The notes below the pieces were generated by a model, which was not told the origin of the DNA, made no database searches, and was given only the letters and a program-made list of their open reading frames with translations. The position numbers and the translations under genes are program-made. Of a stretch of DNA of 64,000 nt, positions 18,913 to 26,542 are shown piece by piece. The stretch lies in contig OZ250155.1 in assembly GCA_965237775.1 (NCBI GenBank), positions 4,703,814 through 4,767,813 on the forward strand, read 5' to 3'. This stretch comes from Dehalococcoidia bacterium (lineage in GTDB: Bacteria > Chloroflexota > Dehalococcoidia > Lucifugimonadales > UBA3495). Each line of letters starts with the position of its first letter. Position 1 is the first letter of the stretch.

Positions 18913-21900
18913 ATGGCTAGGATAGGCAAGTCGAAGAAGAGGAAGAAATCTGGAATGCGCAAGAGGCCTCACGCTCTCCTGGGTACCGCTTCATCGGGCA
19001 GCGGCACATATTCCCAATTCGGAACCGAGGCGCTTGGAGAGTGGGAGGCCTGGTACTCATCCGAGTGGCAAGGATCGCGCTCCGGCTCGCGCGCGAGTCG
19101 GGGTTTCCATTTCCAAGATGTCGTAGGAGCTTGGTTCGCTTCCCGGCTAGCGTCCGGAGAACTTGAGGTGGACCGCATCGTACCTGAGGGATTCGACGAT
19201 CTACAGCTCGACGCAGATGGGCCGGTTCAAGTCGAGGTCAAGTCGCGCCAAGGTCGCCTGGGTCCGTTTCCGGTCGGGGTAGCTGCCAGGCATATCGTAG
19301 ACGCTTGGCTGCGACACGTGGATCGATTCGGAACAGATAGACGCCTCATTGTCGTACTAGAACGGGGTCTAGAGGGTTGGGAGAATGGCTTTGAACGGCC
19401 GGTGACCGAAATCCCGCTCTCGCGCCTCATCGAAGGCGTGAGTGGCCTTGAGGCCACGCTCGCTGCTGATGTTGAATCGCGTGGGTGGCCTCCAACGGTC
19501 GCAAGGGACATGCGGCTTGGCACCACGCTTCTAACCTATTCCTGGGACGGGCTGATTGCCGATACAGAGCGCCACCTCGGATTCGTAGTGAATCTACCAA
19601 CTGCGGCGCTTGGGGTTGTTGCGCGGGCACTCCAAGTAATGGTTGCAAATGCAGTTGATACGAACGCCGAAGCTAAGTTTGAAGACAGAAGCAGCCTCGA
19701 CCGCACTAGTGTGGTCGAGGATATCAACAGGATTGCGGAACTCATCGACCTAGAGTCGATGGAGCATGCTTTGACTCAAGGCATCTGTAGCCCCATTGAC
19801 AAGGAACCGCTCGAAATCGGTGATTACTACTACGAGGGTGTGTCGACACAGCCAGGCCATGTTGGGGCTGGACTTGTTGTTCCGCGTACAGATCTTGTTT
19901 CCCAGACGATAGCTAGCTTGGATATGAGCCAAGCAGTGTTGCTAGTCGGCCCATCGGGTGTTGGGAAGTCCGCCGTGTTGTGGACCTTACCATTCGCTCT
20001 TCCAGGCGTCCTGTGGTTTCGTGTGCATCGAATGTCCGATGACGATGTTCCGCAAGTAGTGCGATTGCTGCGGTCATACCGTGTTTCCCCCGAGGCTCCT
20101 GTGGGTCTTCTGGTCGACGCAGTTGGCAACGGTGACCTGGCAGGGTGGTCGCGCCTACGAAAAGCGGTAGCTTCGATCCCAGGTGCCCTACTTATAGGTA
20201 CTGCCCGCAGCGAAGACCTACCTACTCTTGGAGACCTTGCAGATTGCAGGACAGTAGGCGTTTCACTGGACGAAGATGCCGCAGAGGCGATTCATGCCGG
20301 CCTTACCCGGCGCTGTGCGACGAGTGTCCCTCACTGGCGAGAGGCCTTTGAACAGTCTCACGGGCTAACACTTGAATTCACTCATTTGCTAACTCAAGGG
20401 ACACGGCTCTATGACATCCTTGCTGACCAAGTTGCCAAGCGTGTTATTGAGAACCGTGCCCTTGAACTCCAGATCCTCGCCCTTGTGACAGCTGCTGACC
20501 GTTGGTCCGTATCCATACCGGCCGAAGCGTTGACTGCTGCCTTGAACTCTGGACCCACGGAACTGCGAGCCGCCCTCGCACGGTTAGTGGAGGAGCATCT
20601 TGTTGTTGAACGCGACGGATTATTTGCTGGTATTCACCAGATTCGATCGCGGAACATCGTAGATGTGATCCACCGTGTCCCCCCGCCCCCGCTGGAGGCA
20701 ACCGTCGTATCAGTCCTCGAAATGCTGCATGGCCCTGCGCTGTCACGTTTCCTTTACGAGGTTCTGAGAGAGGCGCCTGGCCTTGAGAAACCAGTGCTCC
20801 AGGCTTTAGGTGGGCTGGTGCGAGACGACGTTGAGCGTCTCTTGGCATGCCTCCGGGGGCTTGAGTTGGTTGACTTCTACAGACAGGCAATGGCTTGGGC
20901 GCAGATAGCGGAGCGACATGGTGTCCCACTTGCTCACCGACCCTTCGTCCTGCAATTCGCGGTCACCGGTATTGAGATTCCCGATTTCTTTGCTGTCCAG
21001 ATTCGAAGTGCCATAGCTGAGATGGCGTCCATTCCGGAGCAAAGTGAGACAAGAAATGGGCTACTCTGGGCGGTAGGTACCGACAAAATCGCCTCAGAGC
21101 TTGCTGAGGCGACAAGCGCCGATGCGTGTCTGCGACTGCTCGGACCATTTGGCCGGACATCTATCGACTGGCGGCTACTACTGGCTGCTCTGCAACCTGG
21201 TTCCCCCTTCGGTAACTTCCTGAGGAGCTGCTCTCTTTCAGCCTTTGGCGACTGTGTTTCTTCAGCACGAGGCGTGTCGGTTGACCTTGCTAGAGCATTT
21301 GTGGATGCCGTCGGCGGGACTGAGGTCTTGCTTGAGCGTTTCCGCAACAGTGACCCGTGGCTTCAGGAACTGAAGACTGTTTCCAAGGACGGTGAACTCA
21401 TTGGCGTTGCGAGATTCTTGTACGTGTCGGAACCTGATCAAGGCGATGCACGCGAGTATGCCGTTGAGACTGGGAGACAACTTCTTCGGACTCTGCCCGA
21501 TATAAGCAGCGTAGACGTCAAGGCGGTGATGGCTGGTGGGCGCTCATTGGAAGTTGACGGTTTCGAGTATGGGTCTTCAGGGCTCCTGCGTCAGTATGAT
21601 CATCACCCCGCCACTGTCGGATGGAATCAGGATCGGATACGCCTTGCACAGACCCTCTTCGGCGCAAGCGAAACAGAACGACTATCGGAAGCCGCTGGAT
21701 TGCTCGCCGAGGCCGCAGAGCTCGTCCGCGATACCGGCAATGCGTTTGTACAATCGCGCGGGCGACTGGCCGAAGCCTTGGACAGACGACGCATAGCGTT
21801 AACCACTAGAGGTCAATCGCTTCCTCCCCGGCTTGGAATTAACCCCCTCTCGGAAGAGGGCGGAATAGAGTTGAATGACCCTCTCTCGGGAATAATTACT

Positions 21901-22944
21901 GACATCTGCGGGAACATGTTGCCACGGCTTACCAACCCCGACGGGTACGCAGCACTTTCGGCATTCGTCAATCAGACAGTGCTCGGAAAGGACATACCGG
22001 CGGTGAAAGAACAGCCTTGGAGGCTCATTGGTTTCGAGGGTACTCCACCTGTCCTAGACGAACTCTCGACAGGGCTCTCCGACATTGCCGCTGTACTGAC
22101 CGAACTACGTGCAGATGCGCGCTCTGCGAGCAAGATAGTGAGTGCTGGCCGACGCGGCACCGTACGGGGTGCCCTCGACCGTGCGGCCAAACTGTCGCGG
22201 CAACTCACTCACAGGAGGATTCAGAAACAACGAGCAGGGATGAGAGCGGCCCTTCAATCGACAGGATGGGCGGTCGATGTGTGCTGGTCTGATGGCGATC
22301 CAGCGAAAGGCGAGTTCTCCAACTGTGCCGTGATGGTCACTCTCGATTCTCTGGCTGACTGGCCGGCCGCTTATGAGGGCCTCATTCCGAAACTGCAAGA
22401 GCTTAGCACCCTCGGGGAGTCACCCTTGCTAGTGCCGGTGGTGAACGACCGGAGTGTTCCGCGCTTTACGGTGCGAGCTGGTTCGAAAGTCTGGGCAGTG
22501 GGCAACTTGGGTGAGTTCGAGCACTTGCTACCAGAGCAACTGGACCAACGTTTGACCAGTCCATTTATTGCTGCCCGCTCGGCGCTGGAGGTCTACTCGG
22601 CTCTCTCGGTCCTCCGCCGCGATGGAGGACTCCATCATAGCGTGCGGCAACTGCTTGAGCGTACACTATTGGACTACGACCAGGCGGTCACCGCGATTCG
22701 GGCCGTCGGTGAAGACGTTGTGGTCGGCGCGCTCACCGAGTGGCTGGGAGAGATCCATGGGCGGGTGGAAAAGGAATGGAACGGCGAAATCGCAGCTGGC
22801 GCTTTCGCCACAAGTATGGTGGAAGGAGTGCTGCAACCAGGATCCCCGGAGGCCATTAGACAAGGCGTTGCTCTACTCTTGTCGCTCCAATGGGACTCAG
22901 ACCCTGCTCGCGCCATTGCTTGGTTAGAGTCGTTGGAGGAGTAG
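18913..22944 (+). CDS. Nuclease / P-loop NTPase / long helical C-terminal region (1343 aa), STAND/Avs-like plan
   Basis: The N-terminus resembles Cap4/DUF4297-type PD-(D/E)xK nucleases (GFHFQDVVGAWFASRL ... PEGFDDLQLDADGPVQVEVKSRQ). It has Walker A LLVGPSGVGKSAVLW, Walker B-like VGLLVDAVGNGD, and then LLIGTARSED. About 800 further residues are helical-looking with no motif I recognise. The gene is AT-richer than the window average. Confidence 0.7.
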   Translation: MARIGKSKKRKKSGMRKRPHALLGTASSGSGTYSQFGTEALGEWEAWYSSEWQGSRSGSRASRGFHFQDVVGAWFASRLASGELEVDRIVPEGFDDLQLDADGPVQVEVKSRQGRLGPFPVGVAARHIVDAWLRHVDRFGTDRRLIVVLERGLEGWENGFERPVTEIPLSRLIEGVSGLEATLAADVESRGWPPTVARDMRLGTTLLTYSWDGLIADTERHLGFVVNLPTAALGVVARALQVMVANAVDTNAEAKFEDRSSLDRTSVVEDINRIAELIDLESMEHALTQGICSPIDKEPLEIGDYYYEGVSTQPGHVGAGLVVPRTDLVSQTIASLDMSQAVLLVGPSGVGKSAVLWTLPFALPGVLWFRVHRMSDDDVPQVVRLLRSYRVSPEAPVGLLVDAVGNGDLAGWSRLRKAVASIPGALLIGTARSEDLPTLGDLADCRTVGVSLDEDAAEAIHAGLTRRCATSVPHWREAFEQSHGLTLEFTHLLTQGTRLYDILADQVAKRVIENRALELQILALVTAADRWSVSIPAEALTAALNSGPTELRAALARLVEEHLVVERDGLFAGIHQIRSRNIVDVIHRVPPPPLEATVVSVLEMLHGPALSRFLYEVLREAPGLEKPVLQALGGLVRDDVERLLACLRGLELVDFYRQAMAWAQIAERHGVPLAHRPFVLQFAVTGIEIPDFFAVQIRSAIAEMASIPEQSETRNGLLWAVGTDKIASELAEATSADACLRLLGPFGRTSIDWRLLLAALQPGSPFGNFLRSCSLSAFGDCVSSARGVSVDLARAFVDAVGGTEVLLERFRNSDPWLQELKTVSKDGELIGVARFLYVSEPDQGDAREYAVETGRQLLRTLPDISSVDVKAVMAGGRSLEVDGFEYGSSGLLRQYDHHPATVGWNQDRIRLAQTLFGASETERLSEAAGLLAEAAELVRDTGNAFVQSRGRLAEALDRRRIALTTRGQSLPPRLGINPLSEEGGIELNDPLSGIITDICGNMLPRLTNPDGYAALSAFVNQTVLGKDIPAVKEQPWRLIGFEGTPPVLDELSTGLSDIAAVLTELRADARSASKIVSAGRRGTVRGALDRAAKLSRQLTHRRIQKQRAGMRAALQSTGWAVDVCWSDGDPAKGEFSNCAVMVTLDSLADWPAAYEGLIPKLQELSTLGESPLLVPVVNDRSVPRFTVRAGSKVWAVGNLGEFEHLLPEQLDQRLTSPFIAARSALEVYSALSVLRRDGGLHHSVRQLLERTLLDYDQAVTAIRAVGEDVVVGALTEWLGEIHGRVEKEWNGEIAAGAFATSMVEGVLQPGSPEAIRQGVALLLSLQWDSDPARAIAWLESLEE

Positions 22945-23151
22945 CTGGAGCCGATTGACTACAGCCACTTCGCCCGAAGCCTGACTTGGCGGACGCAGCT
23001 TGGTATCCCGCATCTCACCGGGACAGCCATGTAGGGTCCAGAGGAGAGAAGGTTACGCGAAAAGGCTTGAAGCTGTAGGCGGTCGGCTGACCTGTTCTTC
23101 GATGCAGTGATGATGGGAGTTCTTTAGCCTTATTCGACTCCAGTTCCATCC

Positions 23152-23205
23152 AAGCCGACCGCCCAAGAGTACCTAAGGTTTTTGTGTCGATTGGAAGACA
23201 GAGAA
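23152..23205 (+). repeat. About 50-nt element R1 upstream of the SIR2 gene
   Basis: CCGACCGCCCAAGAGTACCTAAGGTTTTTGTGTCGATTGGAAGACAGAGAA is an imperfect direct repeat of 24577-24632. The first 26 nt match at 21 positions. An inverted 11-mer GGCGGTCGGCT lies at 23078-23088. Confidence 0.7.
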
Positions 23206-23303
23206 CTCCGTCTGCGTCTAGCCAACTCGCCGGAATTGCTGGTTTTCTCGACGGCTGGGTAAACTTGTTACGCAATTTCGGACAAACGGGAGACTACATC
23301 GAT

Positions 23304-24317
23304 ATGAGCGATACGTTCCTGTTAGGAGCCGGTTTCTCCAAAGCAATCTGCAAGACGATGCCGACGATGAAAGAAATCTACGAGCTCCTAGAACCGTTAA
23401 TCGGTAGGGCGGACGGTTTCAGCAGAGAGGCGTACGACTACGCATCTGGCAACGTTGAGACACTGCTCTCGTACTACGCAATACCCAATCCACATGACGA
23501 CACCGTTGAGCTGTTACGTAAACAGCGAGTAACGACTCTGTTAGAAATCGGGATAGGAGCGCTTCTCCAAGAGCGTGAACGCGAGGGAGCAGAACAGGGA
23601 CTAAACCCCAACGGCTCAAAGCTCGTCTCGAAATGGCACGATCAACGAAGTCACATACTGACAACGAACTACGATACACTAGTGGAAAGAATCGCTGCGG
23701 AAAAGGAATACACAACAGCCAACGGAAGCAAGGATAAGCTATATTACACGGATCTGTATCCGATACCTGTCAGCTCGGCCCTATCACGAGATGGAGGAAT
23801 GATATTTGGCTCCAATTATCCAGATACCCTCACTCTATATAAGCTTCATGGTTCAACGACTTGGTTCAAGTCAACAAGCGAAACAAACTTCGACCCAATA
23901 TACGGTCTTTCACACGAGCAGTTCGACAATCCCCGGCACCAAAAGTTCATTGCCGACAAGCGTCGTTTTATTGTGCCTCCAGTATATGACAAGTCTTCAC
24001 TGCTGAACCATGAAAGCATTCGTAACTTATGGTGGCAAGCCAGGAACAACGCCCTAAGACAAGCGGATAATCTATATGTAATTGGCTACTCACTCCCAGA
24101 AACTGACGCAGCCATGCACATCCTATTGTGGGAGGGAACGCGAACCGAGACGCCTGCTACGAACGGTAGGAAATCACTTTATGTAGTCGATGTGGATAAA
24201 ACGGTCAGCCAACGCTACACAGAGAAATTAGGTTCCTATTACGACGTCAAGGATTATTACGCAGGCAATGCAGATGCGTTTGACATTTTTGTCGAGGAGT
24301 ATGTCAAAGATACATAA
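23304..24317 (+). CDS. SIR2-family (SIR2_2-like) protein with no extra domain, 337 aa
   Basis: ATG 23304 lies ~10 nt after GGGAGA. Motifs are FLLGAGFSKA, ILTTNYDTLVE and LYKLHGS. This is the visibly most AT-rich gene in the window. The upstream part of the track ORF (from 23184) was not counted. Confidence 0.75.
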   Translation: MSDTFLLGAGFSKAICKTMPTMKEIYELLEPLIGRADGFSREAYDYASGNVETLLSYYAIPNPHDDTVELLRKQRVTTLLEIGIGALLQEREREGAEQGLNPNGSKLVSKWHDQRSHILTTNYDTLVERIAAEKEYTTANGSKDKLYYTDLYPIPVSSALSRDGGMIFGSNYPDTLTLYKLHGSTTWFKSTSETNFDPIYGLSHEQFDNPRHQKFIADKRRFIVPPVYDKSSLLNHESIRNLWWQARNNALRQADNLYVIGYSLPETDAAMHILLWEGTRTETPATNGRKSLYVVDVDKTVSQRYTEKLGSYYDVKDYYAGNADAFDIFVEEYVKDT

Positions 24318-24425
24318 GGTGCGTTTGGATAGTCCAATGATGGGGTTTTCGGTGGACCTCTCCGCTTGCTGGGGATCGAACTACACGCCATTCCCTGAAC
24401 TACCTTCCTAATCAACTGCCTCCTA

Positions 24426-24572
24426 AACCGATACCAAGGTGGGATGTGCATTTCGCGGGTCTTGACGATGACCGAAGGGACGCCACGGCACCTCATATCA
24501 CCTTTAGGCCCCAACTGGGTGGGTACCGACAGTGCGGTCTAGCGGTATGTACATCTCACCTTGGCTTTAGTT
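24426..24572. mobile_element. MITE derived from IS630 type 2 (~150 bp)
   Basis: C-TA-AACCGATACCAAGGTGGGATGTGCAT ... ATGTACATCTCACCTTGGCTTTAGTT-TA-G. The termini match IS630 type 2, there is no ORF, and the flanks are CTAG/TA. Confidence 0.8.
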
Positions 24573-24576
24573 TAGT

Positions 24577-24632
24577 CCGACCGCCCACGAGTATCCGAGT
24601 TTTCCGTTGCTATTGTGTCTGACAGATGAAGG
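24577..24632 (+). repeat. About 50-nt element R2 downstream of the SIR2 gene
   Basis: CCGACCGCCCACGAGTATCCGAGTTTTCCGTTGCTATTGTGTCTGACAGATGAA is the second copy of R1. It lies directly after the MITE and before the IS110 copy. Confidence 0.7.
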
Positions 24633-24849
24633 TTCTTGATTTTGTCCGCTACCGCCCAAGGATGACGGGACGGCATGGGTGGCGGCAACGCCGTCCAAGC
24701 TCTAACTCTCAAGACAGAGAGACTTCCCCAAGCCAGACACTGCCGCATCCACCGGCCCTCTGCCGACTGTAGAGGTCCGATTCGGCCTCTTCCTTCAGAA
24801 ATAAACTATCCGGTGGCTACTAAGCTGGACTCCCGACTAACACGGTTTT

Positions 24850-26272
24850 TCAAGCGACCGCCGCCGGGTTGAGGGGTACGCCCGGAATATGGCCCGGCGC
24901 ATCGGACATAGGCACCAGTTGATAGCCCAGTTGATGCGCCCGCCGTTTCGCAGCGCGCAGCGCCCGTTGCTGATACTGACTCTCATAGTATTCGGCGCCG
25001 GCATCTACGTAGTCCTGCCCGAAGCGCAGCATGGAGTAGATGAGTCTCGCCAGCTTGTGAGCCGTGGCGGTGATGGCCTTGGGTGCTCCCAAGTGTGCTT
25101 TCTTCCGGCGCAGGAAGGCCCCCGGGGCGCTGTTGGAGCGGTGCAGTCCATGGGCAGCCAGGCGCAATGCCGCCGCGGTCCGGTTGGCGCTGGGCTTGGT
25201 CTTTGAGCTCATGACCTTACCACCGGTGATGCGGTTGTCGGGGCTCAGCCCCAGCCAGGACGCGAAGTGCTTGGCGCTGGGCCATTTCGTCATGTCGGCG
25301 CCAATCTCGCTGATCACCTTCAAGGCCGTGAAGCCGTCTATCCCATCGATCCGGGTCAGGTCCACCCCGGTCATCCGATACAGGTGTGTCCTGATATCGA
25401 AGCTGGGCGCGTTGCCCTGGCTGCGCCGCCGGCCATTCCCGGCAGGAGTCCCGCCGTCGGTGACGTCCTCAAACCGTTCCAACTGGGCTTCAATCTTCCC
25501 GTCGCACTCATCAATCTTGGCGTGATACATCCGGTATAGTTCCAGAGCTTGGGTCAGCTCGAAGATGTGCTCTTCGAGCCAGTGCCCCTGTAACGACTTG
25601 GCGATGGTCTCCTCGTCCGCCCTGATCCGGTGGTCGCGGAGTTGCGCCAGCTGCCACGGGTCCCGTTCTCCGCTCACGATGGCTTCAATAATCGCCATGC
25701 CAGTCTGGCCAGTGATGTTGCTGATGACGTGCTGGAGCTTCACGTTCATCTGGGTCAGCGCCTTCTGCATGTGCTGAATGTGATGGGACGCGTACTCAAC
25801 CAGCATGGCCCGCTGCCGCAGGTAGCTCCGCAAGCGTCGTATCTCCGGCTCGGGCCGGAAGGCTCCCGACAACAGGCCGTAGGTGTGCAACTGTTGCAGC
25901 CACTGGCAGTCCTGCACGTCGGTCTTGCGCCCAGGCACGTTCTTGATGCGCCTGGGGTCTACCAGCATCACCTCGAACCCCCGCTCTTCCAGCACCCCGA
26001 ACAGCGGTATCCAATACACCCCAGTCGACTCCATGACCACGGTCCCCACTCCGCACTCCGACAGCCAGGCGATACAAGTCTGCCGTGAAGGCTTCAAACT
26101 CGCGCACCGGCTGGTCGCGACGGTCTTGGGGCACCGCGACGAAATGGCTGCTGGCCCCCACGTCAATACCAGCCGCATCCAGGTTTACCTGAGACAGCTG
26201 CGCGGGCAGACGCTCCCGCCTCCGGGTCGTCTGGCGCGCCGGTTTTGCGCTCCTCTGGCGAGTCGTCATCAT
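24850..26272 (-). pseudogene. IS110-family transposase with a 1-nt frameshift
   Basis: The N-terminal part MMTTRQ...AAGIDVGASSHFVAV...FTADLYRLA (ORF 25796..26272) is out of frame with ...AWLSECGVGTVVMESTGVYWIPLF...HKLARLIYSMLRFGQDYV (ORF 24850..26178). The shift is near 26075. Confidence 0.8.
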
Positions 26273-26540
26273 CTCCTCCTATCACGTCAGTGTCGGCGCG
26301 TCGCCGGAGGAAGTCCCTGACAGTTGCCATTCTCCCGAACGGGATCGTCCTGGTGGGGACGTCACCAATGATGCCGCCGTAAGACTCCCAGACCATGCTT
26401 TGTACCGGGCAATATGCGCCAAAGTCTAGTCGGTCTTGGTCCAGACGATACGCCTCAACAGGAGATTACACCTCCGGCGCGGTCTCGTCTGTTAGTCTCC
26501 TTTGCCCAGTCAGGAACGCGGGCCTAACGGTGCTTTGTAC
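26273..26540 (-). ncRNA. Candidate bridge-RNA region of IS110 copy 1
   Basis: About 260 nt of non-coding DNA lie between the transposase start and the element end. This is where IS110-group elements are known to encode their bridge RNA. The terminal 10-mer GTACAAAGCA recurs 125 nt inside (reverse complement of 26406-26415). No structure was computed. Confidence 0.35.
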
Positions 26541-26542
26541 AT

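Larger units (their letters stand above)
24795..26540 (-). mobile_element. IS110-family element, copy 1 (ends approximate)
   Basis: Ends were estimated by aligning with copy 2. Similarity runs from ~50 nt past the stop (GTTAGTCG...) to the terminal GTACAAAGCA motif (reverse complement of 26531-26540). Confidence 0.7.

Noticed and set aside
23078-23205. Integron attC-like site around repeat R1
   Set aside because: There are no GTTRRRY/RYYYAAC core sites and no intI-type integrase nearby. Only the long-range 11-nt inverted repeat is present.
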